Below, one piece after another: positions 28,228-37,823 of a stretch of DNA of 64,000 bases. The position numbers were made by a program, and so were the translations under genes. Position 1 is the first letter of the stretch. Each line of letters starts with the position of its first letter. Location of the stretch: positions 42,401 through 106,400 of the forward strand of contig BDTM01000035.1 of assembly GCA_002898015.1 (NCBI GenBank). Reading direction: 5' to 3'. Origin of the DNA: a bacterium BMS3Bbin03 (GTDB taxonomy: Bacteria > Zhuqueibacterota > JdFR-76 > BMS3Abin05). Below the pieces are notes generated by a model. That model was not told the origin of the DNA and did no database searches. It worked only from the letters and a program-made list of their open reading frames with translations.

Positions 28228-28246
28228 AAGGAAGGAGGTCGTATCG

Positions 28247-31039
28247 ATGGGACTGCGTCGTATTTGTCCAATCGCTGGGGTTTTCCTGCTTTCTTTTCTG
28301 ATGTTGTATCCCCTGTTTTTATGGGCGGGAACCACCGGAAAAATTGCAGGATACGTCCGTGACAAAAGCAACAACCAGCCCTTACCGGGAGCCAATGTAA
28401 TCATTGTTGGCACGCAAATGGGGGCGGCCACGGATGCAAATGGTTATTTTTATATCATTAACATTCCGCCTGGTGTTTACAAAGTACAGGTCCGGATGAT
28501 TGGGTATGAAACGGTTTTGATGAAAAATGTTCGGGTGCAGGTTGATCGAACCACAAAAACCAATTTCTCTCTTCCGTCCACCGTTTTAAAATTGGGAAAA
28601 GAAATCGTGGTAACGGCGGAACGTCCTTTAATCGAACCGGATATCACAACCAAAACCAACACCATTTCTGCAGAAGAATTAAAGACGATGCCCGTGAGAG
28701 GCATCGCAGATATTATGACATTACAATCGGGTATCATGGAGGTCATGGGATCTTTCAACAAAGTTCCCGGATTTGATTCCCGCGGAATTGATGATGTGCA
28801 TGTGCGCGGCGGGCGGAACGGTGAAATTGCCTACATGATCGACGGGATGTATGTGGAGGATGCGATTTACGCCGGGATGGGCACGCTGCTCAATCGGGAA
28901 GCTATCCAGGAATTGACCATTATTACCGGGAATTTTAACGCGGAGTATGGTCAGGCCCAATCTTCGATCGTGAATATTGTGACAAAAGAAGGCGGCGCAC
29001 GGTATACCGGATTAATGGAAGCCAGTACCGGTGAAATTGCAGGAAAGCTTGGTTCCAAGCCGGATGACCTGCGTGATGCGCACCAATTAATCGGTTCGTT
29101 CGGCGGTCCCGTGCCGCTGATCAAGCGCATGAATTTCTTTCTTTCCGGAAGTCAATCGTTTAAACGCTACGCGGTTTATCAATTCGACAACATCGTTTAC
29201 GATCCGAAGAATCCGGATAAAAGCACCTGGTCTTACGGTGCCTATCGAAAGGCATTTGAATGGGATACCATCCCGGGGTGGCGCGCATTTGGATTTAACC
29301 ACACCTGGGATTTTTCCGGAAAACTCACTTACCGGTTTAATCCCAGCATGAAATTAATATTAACGAATCGTTTAACAGAACGTCTGTTTCGGAATTTCGA
29401 TTGGGCCTGGCAGTATGCGGAGGCGGGCCGGCACGTGGTGAAGGATAGAACGGATCAACAGGGCCTGATCTGGACGCACCAGCTCAGTTCGTCCACATTT
29501 TATAATATTCGCGCCAGCCGTTTCTGGAAAGGGCGGACCTTTCGGGTGCACGGCATCAATAATCACGAATTGACGCCCGGGCATGCGGACAAGCTGATTG
29601 AACTGGGTGCCACAAGAGACTCAAGAGGATTTGGACCTCAGGAATACCCCACACGGGCCACAGTAGGGGGCTTTTATACGCCCATGAAATTTGTGCGTTT
29701 TGACACCCTAACGGACGGAGAGATTCGTCAGGTTTACACCGGAAGTGCCACACAATACTGGACACGCACCTATCAACAAACCTATGAATATTCATTATCA
29801 CTCACCAGCCAGATTCAGCGTCATCACCAGATTAAAACGGGTGTCGAGTACAAGACCTATGATCTGTATTTTCTTGAATTTCAATATCCGTGGATTCCAA
29901 ATCCCTACTCCGAATATTATATGAACCATCCGGAGGAAGGAAGCTGGTACCTCCAGGATAAAATGGAATACGAAAACCTGATTATAAATGCCGGCATACG
30001 CTTTGATTATGCCAATTCAAAAGGGTCTATGTGGGAAGACCCGACAAACCCGGGCAGTCCGGTGGTGACCGGGAAAAAGAAATATCAGTGGTCGCCCCGG
30101 CTCGGAATCGGGCATCCCATTACGGACAAAGCCACATTCCATTTTGCTTACGGGCAATTTTTTCAGGTGCCTGAATATCGGAACCTGTACACCAATAACG
30201 ACCGCGATCTCTCCACGCCCCGGCCTTTGTTTGGAAATCCCAATCTGAAGGCACAGCGAACCATTGCGTACGAAGTTGGCATTCGTCAGCAAATCGGACA
30301 AAATTGGGCGGTTGACATCACGGCCTGGTCAAAAGAAAGCAGTGAGTTGACGGGGACCATTAACGTAACCGGTTTTGACCCGCACGGCATCGGTTTGTAC
30401 GATTATTATGTGATGGTAAACCATGATTACGGAAGTTCTCGCGGATTGGATATCAGCATCCAAAAGCGTTACAGCAATTATTTTCGCGGGCAGCTTAACT
30501 ACACCTATTCGGTGGCAAAAGGCAATCAGCGGTATTCGTGGTCAGGATACTGGAACAGTGTCACGGATGAAACCGAACCCAAGAAGGAATACCTGATGCC
30601 CTGGGATCAGCCGCACACACTGGATGCCAACGTTTCGATCATCTTCCCGCGGTATTTCGGCCCGAAAGTCTGGAAATTTAAACCGTTATCCGAGTTTTAT
30701 ATGAATTTTATTGTGCGGCTCCACAGCGGGTATCCGTATACTCCGAGTTCCGGCGGTCAATCGTTAGAGCCGAACTCGGGAAGGCGCCCCTGGTTCTTCT
30801 CGATCGATACGATGATTCGCAAAGATATCCGGATTTTGGGGAATACAAAAATAGCCTTGTTTTCCAGAATTTACAACTTAACGGATCGAAAAAACCCCAT
30901 TTACGTGTATTCAGAGACGGGAAGTCCAACGGATCCGGGGCCTTACGCCAGTAAAACAGCTACTTCGACCTATTACGACAGACCGCATTATTTTGGCCCA
31001 AGGCGGACTATCGACTTTGGTTTGCAGTTTTTATTTTAA
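28247..31039 (+). CDS. TonB-dependent-receptor-like outer-membrane beta-barrel with an N-terminal carboxypeptidase-regulatory-like domain
   Basis: 930 aa with a signal peptide. The CarbopepD_reg-like fold is GKIAGYVRDKSNNQPLPGANVIIVG...DANGYFYIINIPPGVYKV. A plug-like region and a long Tyr/Gly-rich amphipathic barrel follow. The protein ends in a terminal Phe (GLQFLF). Confidence 0.65.
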   Translation: MGLRRICPIAGVFLLSFLMLYPLFLWAGTTGKIAGYVRDKSNNQPLPGANVIIVGTQMGAATDANGYFYIINIPPGVYKVQVRMIGYETVLMKNVRVQVDRTTKTNFSLPSTVLKLGKEIVVTAERPLIEPDITTKTNTISAEELKTMPVRGIADIMTLQSGIMEVMGSFNKVPGFDSRGIDDVHVRGGRNGEIAYMIDGMYVEDAIYAGMGTLLNREAIQELTIITGNFNAEYGQAQSSIVNIVTKEGGARYTGLMEASTGEIAGKLGSKPDDLRDAHQLIGSFGGPVPLIKRMNFFLSGSQSFKRYAVYQFDNIVYDPKNPDKSTWSYGAYRKAFEWDTIPGWRAFGFNHTWDFSGKLTYRFNPSMKLILTNRLTERLFRNFDWAWQYAEAGRHVVKDRTDQQGLIWTHQLSSSTFYNIRASRFWKGRTFRVHGINNHELTPGHADKLIELGATRDSRGFGPQEYPTRATVGGFYTPMKFVRFDTLTDGEIRQVYTGSATQYWTRTYQQTYEYSLSLTSQIQRHHQIKTGVEYKTYDLYFLEFQYPWIPNPYSEYYMNHPEEGSWYLQDKMEYENLIINAGIRFDYANSKGSMWEDPTNPGSPVVTGKKKYQWSPRLGIGHPITDKATFHFAYGQFFQVPEYRNLYTNNDRDLSTPRPLFGNPNLKAQRTIAYEVGIRQQIGQNWAVDITAWSKESSELTGTINVTGFDPHGIGLYDYYVMVNHDYGSSRGLDISIQKRYSNYFRGQLNYTYSVAKGNQRYSWSGYWNSVTDETEPKKEYLMPWDQPHTLDANVSIIFPRYFGPKVWKFKPLSEFYMNFIVRLHSGYPYTPSSGGQSLEPNSGRRPWFFSIDTMIRKDIRILGNTKIALFSRIYNLTDRKNPIYVYSETGSPTDPGPYASKTATSTYYDRPHYFGPRRTIDFGLQFLF

Positions 31040-31106
31040 GCTGAATCATTTGTGGTGTCAATTAAGGATTTTAATTGTAGCTGTTGTGAATGATGGAGGT
31101 CTTGTA

Positions 31107-34100
31107 ATGAATATCAAACAAAAAACGCTTTTTATATTGATACTTGGGCTTGCAATCGGCTTTTGGGGGCTGCAGTTTTCAAGCCTTGCGGCAGATAAAA
31201 AATCGGCCAAAAACAGCTATCTTAAGAAACCCCAAAGAAATATCGATTTTGCAGCGGGAATTTTGGATGCCGGTAAATTACAAAATGCTGTTTTTAATGA
31301 CGGGCGATTGGCCACATGGGCGTACCGGCCCTCCGTACCGGCCGCTTTTTACAAGGGTTGGTCCTATATTCCCGATTTAAGTATGATCATTGGTATCCCG
31401 GAGGATTCCAGTTGGACCCCTAAAAAACTGGATCCGGTCACAAATAAAATGATCAGTATGGGACCCACTGTTTCAGAGAGATTTGTGGCCAGTGACTGGG
31501 GCCCCAGTGCGGGAGCGAATGGAAAGTTACATTCCGGAGATGCCACCGTCGGCGATGTTCTGACCGGAACCAGCATAGGCGCTGTTCCGCTGATGGCCAC
31601 GAGCACGATTAAAAAAAGCTGGCCCAAAGATGACAGCGGCAACCGGTTCTGGCCGGGACCCTGGGCAGTAGACCCAATAACGGGAAAGGTTTTAAAAGGG
31701 CATTTTACCTCGGACAAAGACATCTTTTTCAGCATCACCGATTATGATGTCAATGACCAGGATGTTCCCTATGCGGATTCGGATAACGACACCCTGCAGG
31801 GGTACCCCATCGGGCTGAAATTGGATATCTCCGGCTATTCATACGGCCGGTCCTACGCAGAAGACATCTTATTCTTTCCGATGAAAATCATTAACACAAG
31901 CAAAAATAATTATCATGGGATGTATGTTGGCTTTTATATGGATGCCGACATCCCGGAGTACAACTTAAAAACGACCGTTAACGACCGTATGGACTGGATG
32001 AGTTTCATTAAGGATGAATATGATCCTGAAACGGATTCCACCTATCATTACAATATGGCGTACATTTACGACTACCGCTGGGGCACCGGGGATTTTAGCG
32101 GTGTATCCGATCCGGATGCCTGGAAAGTGTATGCCAGCATGAAATTGCTGGACACACCCGTTAACCCCAAAACCGGAGAACAACTGGGAATCACGGATTG
32201 GCACTGGTTCCAATGGGAGAACCGCCCGGGGATCATTGATTCCAAACGGCAGGAACTGATTCAATATAAAGTCATCAGCGGCGATACATCCGGATTGACC
32301 CCGGAAGAAAGCGATGCCTATTTCTGGCCCGATCCTTCCGGTCATCTGGATCCGCATTTTGATTCGCCCGAAGGCATTCGAACGATGTATCCGGATGGAT
32401 TGGACTGCGTGTTTATCATGAGTTCGGGGCCTTTTGACCTGGCCGCCGGGGATACGGCCGTGTTTTCATTTGCCATGATTATGGGAGATAATTTAAAAGA
32501 TCTTAAATTTAATGCCCGTACCGCCCAGTTTATGTATAATTTGCACTATCAGGGTGCCAATCCGCCGATAGCCCCACACGTCACGGCAGTTCCCGGAAAA
32601 GGGCGAATAACCCTTTATTGGGATCGCGTGGCGGAATCTTCTATCGATATTATGACGGGATACCAGGATTTTGAAGGGTATCGAATTTACCGCACGACGA
32701 GTAATCCCGTCAACAATGAATGGGGTACCGAAATTCGAAATGATCTGGGAAACGTGGTTGAGTTTGTGCCGGTCGCCCAATTTGACTTAGCTGACGGGAT
32801 CAAAGGTCCCGATCCTCAGAACCCTTATTTCAATCTGGGGAATGACACAGGCTTGAAACACTCCTGGACAGATTCCACCGTTTTGGACGGCGTGACCTAC
32901 TGGTATGCCGTCGCCCCTTATGATCGCGGTGTTCGTCCCGAAACCGAATTCAATCCGGATCATTGGCCCCTGCTGGCAGCCCTTGAAACCGCAAAAGGCA
33001 CAAACCCGGATGCGACACCGAATTTGGTGGAGGTTGTGCCCGGTCCAAAGCCTTCCACATATGTGCCGCCGGAGATTGTCCTGAAACCGAAGCCCGGAAC
33101 TCTCGGAAATGGAAAAATCAAAGCTTCGATCATCGATCCGGTGGCCATTACCGGACATACTTATGAAATCAGTTTTGATGATACAACCACGCGTGGAAAA
33201 CTTCTTTACAACGTCTGGGATGCGACCGATCAGGCATGGGCTCTAAAAGGAGCCGATGAAACCCGGGGGCAGGAAGGGCCGTTCTTTGACGGTTTGCAGC
33301 TTTTGATTGATAATTATCAATCAATCGGACTATTGGCGGATTCCTCGGGGTGGACCACCGCGACAGGCGATTCAACGGATGTGACATGGACTTATTCGGC
33401 GACCGGTTTTAGTAATCCGCACAATTATGAAATTCGATTCACGGATGAAGGAGATACGAGTGTGTTCATGCCTCCGCTGATAAGAGTGCCCTTCGAGGTC
33501 TGGGATGTGACCGTCGATCAAAAATTGGATTTTATCAGTTTTGCGGCGAGTACGGACACAACGCCGGAGATGAAAAATACCTGGACAAGCGGCGATGCGT
33601 TTATGATTCGTGAAAAAGTGAGGGGCCGGGTGCGAAGTACCTTCAGCTTTAAATTGGAAGGGATTCCGGATACCGTCATCACAACAATCGATACGACGAT
33701 TAATGGGGCGGACACGACAATTGTGGACACGACCATTACACCCAAAATACCCCCGAAAACGGGTGACGTGCTGCACCTGATCACGACAAAACCGTTTAAA
33801 CGCGACCGTGATGTTTTTGTGCTTGAAACTTCCCATTACAAACTCGAAAAAAGGATTCAGCAAAAAGAATTAAAAATGGTTCGGGTGGTGCCCAATCCTT
33901 ACATTGTTTCGGCAGAATGGGATTTAAATCCGTACATCCGGCATATTCAGTTTCGGAATTTGCCGAACGAGTGTGTGATTCGTATTTTCACATTAACAGG
34001 AGACAAGGTTAAAACGATTCATCACAAGAACGCGACGCAGGGATGGGAATTCTGGAATATGCAGACGTATAACGGGCAGGAAATCGCGTATGGCTTGTAT

Positions 34101-34163
34101 TTATACATAATTGAAACGCCGGACGGCAAGACGCAAATGGGTAAATTTGCGGTTATTAAATAG
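31107..34163 (+). CDS. Large secreted protein with a variant T9SS-type C-terminal beta-sandwich, candidate PorU-like from synteny
   Basis: About 1018 aa. The signal peptide is MNIKQKTLFILILGLAIGFWGLQFSSLAA. The C-terminus (VVPNPY...NLPNECVIRIFTLTGDKV...GLYLYIIETPDGKTQMGKFAVIK) resembles a Por CTD. It sits immediately upstream of the PorV-like gene. GGAGGT lies 6 nt before the ATG. Confidence 0.5.
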   Translation: MNIKQKTLFILILGLAIGFWGLQFSSLAADKKSAKNSYLKKPQRNIDFAAGILDAGKLQNAVFNDGRLATWAYRPSVPAAFYKGWSYIPDLSMIIGIPEDSSWTPKKLDPVTNKMISMGPTVSERFVASDWGPSAGANGKLHSGDATVGDVLTGTSIGAVPLMATSTIKKSWPKDDSGNRFWPGPWAVDPITGKVLKGHFTSDKDIFFSITDYDVNDQDVPYADSDNDTLQGYPIGLKLDISGYSYGRSYAEDILFFPMKIINTSKNNYHGMYVGFYMDADIPEYNLKTTVNDRMDWMSFIKDEYDPETDSTYHYNMAYIYDYRWGTGDFSGVSDPDAWKVYASMKLLDTPVNPKTGEQLGITDWHWFQWENRPGIIDSKRQELIQYKVISGDTSGLTPEESDAYFWPDPSGHLDPHFDSPEGIRTMYPDGLDCVFIMSSGPFDLAAGDTAVFSFAMIMGDNLKDLKFNARTAQFMYNLHYQGANPPIAPHVTAVPGKGRITLYWDRVAESSIDIMTGYQDFEGYRIYRTTSNPVNNEWGTEIRNDLGNVVEFVPVAQFDLADGIKGPDPQNPYFNLGNDTGLKHSWTDSTVLDGVTYWYAVAPYDRGVRPETEFNPDHWPLLAALETAKGTNPDATPNLVEVVPGPKPSTYVPPEIVLKPKPGTLGNGKIKASIIDPVAITGHTYEISFDDTTTRGKLLYNVWDATDQAWALKGADETRGQEGPFFDGLQLLIDNYQSIGLLADSSGWTTATGDSTDVTWTYSATGFSNPHNYEIRFTDEGDTSVFMPPLIRVPFEVWDVTVDQKLDFISFAASTDTTPEMKNTWTSGDAFMIREKVRGRVRSTFSFKLEGIPDTVITTIDTTINGADTTIVDTTITPKIPPKTGDVLHLITTKPFKRDRDVFVLETSHYKLEKRIQQKELKMVRVVPNPYIVSAEWDLNPYIRHIQFRNLPNECVIRIFTLTGDKVKTIHHKNATQGWEFWNMQTYNGQEIAYGLYLYIIETPDGKTQMGKFAVIK

Positions 34164-34200
34164 ACACAAAACTGCCATTAAATTTTTCGGAGGAAAATCA

Positions 34201-35223
34201 ATGAAACGCGTGATTTTAACGATGACTCTGATTTTGGGCCTGTTCTGGAATCTGGCGCAGGCACAGGAAATGAGCCGCGTGGCCACTGCCAGCGCCCAGT
34301 TTTTAAAATTCGGTGTGGGTGCACGTGCCCTGGCTCTTGGCAGCGCTTATGTGGCTTTTGAAAATGATCCGTTTTCACTCTATTGGAATCCCGCCGGTAT
34401 CGCCTCCATACAGGGTACGGCTGTGGCTGTTTCCAGGAGTAATTATTATGGCGGCATATCGCACAACTTTTTTGGAACCGTTCTGGGTCTGGCGGAAGGC
34501 GCTTTAGGCCTGAGTGTGACTTACATGGGTACAAATGAAATTGAAGTGACTACGCTTTCTTCGCCCGACGGAACCGGAACCTATTACGATGTCAGCGGTA
34601 TGAGCGTCGGATTGACGTATGCCCGAAATATTACCAACGTTTTAAAAATGGGAATCACGGCGAAACTGGTTCGGGAGCGTATTTACCGGGAAACGGCTAA
34701 CGCACTTGCAGTTGATTTCGGCTCCATCATCAACACCGGATTGGGAGGCGTCAAACTGGCCATGTCACTGACGAATCTTGGGCAATCCATGCAATTGCGG
34801 GGTCCCGATTTGCGCGTCTCGCACGACCGGTATCCCAATAATCCTGCAGAGGCGAACGTAAAAGCGGATTTATTTACGGACAAATGGCCGCTGCCGATGG
34901 TGTACACCATTGGCATCAGGACAGATATCGTGGGGGGTGATGGAATGAATATTCCCAGCCAGGTGCATCGATTGACCGTTGCATTTTCCGCCAATGATGC
35001 CTGGGATGCGGTTTTAAGAGCCAATTACGGACTGGAATATGAATGGCGAAACTTGTTCTCCATCCGAGCGGGTTTCATGCAAAAGTACGATACAGCCCGT
35101 TTTACACTTGGCGGCGGCGTGAGGTATCAATTGGGACGTACAACGATGCTGCTTGACTATGCGTATGTAAATTACAGTTATTTGGGCAGTACCAATCATT
35201 TTTCTCTGGAATTTCACTATTAA
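34201..35223 (+). CDS. porV: PorV/LptO-like outer-membrane protein (T9SS shuttle, FadL-like barrel)
   Basis: It has a signal peptide and the N-terminal motif SAQFLKFGVGARALALGSAYVAFENDPFSLYWNPAGIA, which matches the conserved PorV N-terminal box (FL.I..GARA..MG.A....D..S..WNPAG). The barrel is Gly/Tyr-rich and ends in an aromatic residue. Confidence 0.6.
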   Translation: MKRVILTMTLILGLFWNLAQAQEMSRVATASAQFLKFGVGARALALGSAYVAFENDPFSLYWNPAGIASIQGTAVAVSRSNYYGGISHNFFGTVLGLAEGALGLSVTYMGTNEIEVTTLSSPDGTGTYYDVSGMSVGLTYARNITNVLKMGITAKLVRERIYRETANALAVDFGSIINTGLGGVKLAMSLTNLGQSMQLRGPDLRVSHDRYPNNPAEANVKADLFTDKWPLPMVYTIGIRTDIVGGDGMNIPSQVHRLTVAFSANDAWDAVLRANYGLEYEWRNLFSIRAGFMQKYDTARFTLGGGVRYQLGRTTMLLDYAYVNYSYLGSTNHFSLEFHY

Positions 35224-35264
35224 ATTGCTTATATTACTTTGTGTTAATTTCTTATAGTCCCCTG

Positions 35265-35407
35265 AAAGGAGGTGAGGTAGCCCAACCCATTTGAATGAAT
35301 CCTATCTTATGAAATCGCGAAAGGAGGTGATATAGCAGTTGTATCGGATGCTGAATTCGATGAAAAAGTTGCGATTTAATCAAAAGCATGAAGGAGGATT
35401 AAAATGA
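35265..35407 (+). promoter_or_regulatory. 5' leader with repeated AAAGGAGGTGA (perfect anti-Shine-Dalgarno complement) motifs and overlapping mini-uORFs
   Basis: AAAGGAGGTGA occurs at 35265-35275 and 35330-35340, and GAAGGAGGA at 35390. A 19-codon uORF (35348..35407, MLNSMKKLRFNQKHEGGLK) ends in ATGA, overlapping the main ATG at 35404. Confidence 0.5.
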
Positions 35408-37542
35408 AGAAAAATTTTTGGGTTGCATTTTTAAGTTTGATATTGGTTTTAGCGCTGTCGTTGACGGTAATGGCGAATAACAAAAGATATGCGGTCATTC
35501 GTCCGGGTGTCCCGGGTCAGCAGAGCGATGTCATTTTTATGACCCCGAGTGAGTTGAATTCACCCAATGTGGTGCAAATTATTCAAAAGCGGTTTGCAAA
35601 ACTGAGTGCCTCCGAGGGCATTATTGATACGTTAAAACATACATTTAGCGGCGTCAACTTCGGTTTTGCAGATGGCGATACAATGGCTGCTTTCTTTCGT
35701 CCGCCTGCCGGCTGTATTGTGAAATCCGTTATCATGACCTTTCAGAAATGGGGCGGTCAATTAACATCAGCCATTAATCTCTCAATTTATGGGTCCAATT
35801 ACCATGCCACTGAAATTCCGGATAGTCTTTTATATGGTAATTTCAGTCCCATCAATCTGGGATGGTGGACTGCAAGTGGAAATTGGGCACCACAGGTGCC
35901 TTATAGCTTCTATCCTTTAGGTGACCTTCTCTGGGGCGATTTTCCCATCAGTCTGGATCCGTCGAAAGATTCCCAAACCATTGATACACCGATGATTTAT
36001 CTGGGTTTCGAACCGGATGTGAAGCGGAATGACTTCATGATTGTGGCGCGCCCGGTGCAGGGAAGCGGCCAGTCGACCACCGGTATTTCGGCAGGCGCTG
36101 CCAACGGTGATCCCATGTTTGTGGGCTTCAAATGCTATCATGCCGGTCGTCTCGGTGAAACAACCACACCCTCCTGGTGGATTCGCGAATATGCCTGGAC
36201 AGTATGGGTCGTGGTTGAATTTTATGAAAATACCCCACCGAGTATTGATATTACAAAGATGTCCAATACGTTTTCCGCCGGACCATTTACGGCAAAAGCC
36301 ATGATAAAAGATCTTGATGCACATGATGCGACTCAGGCCGGCGTGGCGGAAGCCTATTTGCATTACAGCACGAATGGTGCGGCATGGGATTCTGTGGCCA
36401 TGAGCGGTCCGGCATCCGGAGGTGAATTCTCTGCCGTGATTCCGGCGGTGACAGCCCCGACATTTGTGTATTATTATATAACGGCAAAAGACCCACCCGG
36501 ACTTTATACCACAACAGCGGCGGCGCCCAAGAAATTCTATGTCGGCATTAAAACCGGTTCAAACATTCTGCTGTTCAACCAGGGCGGCGGATACGCTTCC
36601 GTATTTGATTCTGTTTATATAAACGATCTGGATGCGCTTGGGTATAAATATGACTATATGTTTGGCAGTGTCGACGAGACCGTAAAAGCGGAAAACTACA
36701 AATACGTCATCGTTCCCGCAAACGGCAATCCTATGCCGTCTTTATCCGATAGTCTGGGTTTAAACAAATTTGTAACGCTGTTGGATAATGGCGGAAATCT
36801 ATTGGTCAGCTCTGACGAAGCATTCGGATACTATACCTATGGTTGGCCGGGAGATACCCTGGCAACACCGGGCGGTTTCTTCCATGATTATCTTCATGTG
36901 AAAGAAGAATTCAGCGATGCCCCCTACGACAAGATCATGGATGTGCCGGGCGACGGTTTTGCAGACGCCTTAACCGATACGATTAAATTAACATTTCCGT
37001 CTGGTGTAGAAAACTATAGTGATGCCGTTTTGCCTACGGCAGATGGCTCCATGTTGTTTACGGTTACGCCGGATACATTTGCCAGCAAAACCGGCGGAAC
37101 TGTTAATGGTGCAGGTATTCTGTACAACGGAAATTATAAGGTTGTCTACTTGCCGTTTATTCTTGCAACATTAAACCAAAATGATCGCCAGACCATTATG
37201 AAGAGTGCGTTGGATTTCTTCGGTGCTACGAGCGATGTGTCGGAAGAAAATACGAATTCTCCGTACACGTACACATTACATCAGAATTACCCGAACCCAT
37301 TCAATCCGACGACGAATATCTCCTACAGCGTGGCGAAAGCGGGACAGGTGAATGTGGCTGTTTTCAATGTGATCGGCGAAAAAATTGCCGAGCTTGTAAA
37401 CGGTTATAAAACTGCCGGTTCTTATGGCGTGACGTGGAACGGAAAAGATAATGCCGGGCAGAATGTGGCCAGTGGTGTGTATTTCTACAGGATCAAAGCC
37501 GGTAATTTTACAATGACTAAAAAAATGGTTTTAATGCGGTAA
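35404..37542 (+). CDS. Secreted protein of unknown function with a T9SS C-terminal sorting domain
   Basis: 712 aa with a signal peptide. The C-terminus is NYPNPFNPTTNISYSV...VAVFNVIGEKIAELVNGYKTAGSYGVTWNGKDNAGQNVASGVYFYRIKAGNFTMTKKMVLMR, a canonical Por_Secre_tail. Confidence 0.7.
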   Translation: MKKNFWVAFLSLILVLALSLTVMANNKRYAVIRPGVPGQQSDVIFMTPSELNSPNVVQIIQKRFAKLSASEGIIDTLKHTFSGVNFGFADGDTMAAFFRPPAGCIVKSVIMTFQKWGGQLTSAINLSIYGSNYHATEIPDSLLYGNFSPINLGWWTASGNWAPQVPYSFYPLGDLLWGDFPISLDPSKDSQTIDTPMIYLGFEPDVKRNDFMIVARPVQGSGQSTTGISAGAANGDPMFVGFKCYHAGRLGETTTPSWWIREYAWTVWVVVEFYENTPPSIDITKMSNTFSAGPFTAKAMIKDLDAHDATQAGVAEAYLHYSTNGAAWDSVAMSGPASGGEFSAVIPAVTAPTFVYYYITAKDPPGLYTTTAAAPKKFYVGIKTGSNILLFNQGGGYASVFDSVYINDLDALGYKYDYMFGSVDETVKAENYKYVIVPANGNPMPSLSDSLGLNKFVTLLDNGGNLLVSSDEAFGYYTYGWPGDTLATPGGFFHDYLHVKEEFSDAPYDKIMDVPGDGFADALTDTIKLTFPSGVENYSDAVLPTADGSMLFTVTPDTFASKTGGTVNGAGILYNGNYKVVYLPFILATLNQNDRQTIMKSALDFFGATSDVSEENTNSPYTYTLHQNYPNPFNPTTNISYSVAKAGQVNVAVFNVIGEKIAELVNGYKTAGSYGVTWNGKDNAGQNVASGVYFYRIKAGNFTMTKKMVLMR

Positions 37543-37584
37543 TTTAGACTTCATAAGAAGAAAATTGCATGTGTTTAACGAATG

Positions 37585-37623
37585 GCAGAGGATGGGAAAC
37601 CGTCCTCTGCTGCTTATTTTTTG
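37585..37623 (+). terminator. Rho-independent terminator
   Basis: The GCAGAGGA / TCCTCTGC stem is 8 bp with a 10-nt loop, followed by TGCTTATTTTTTG. Confidence 0.6.
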
Positions 37624-37823
37624 TTTATTATCAATCCGTAAAGGATGCGGTTACGGTGTCGCCGGCTTCATATCTGCGTTTTTACAGGTTCCGAGCGTTC
37701 TTGCAAAATACGTTTGCCGAAATAGTGGTCTATCCGGTGCGTTGCCGTCCTTCCCAGAAAAACTTTTCATCACCAGCAAATTGGTAATCTTGCGTTTATA
37801 TTAAATGAATATTTAAGGAGGCT

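Noticed and set aside
32787-33863. Minus-strand ORFs (123-163 aa) inside the PorU-like gene
   Set aside because: They are antisense shadows with no start-site support.
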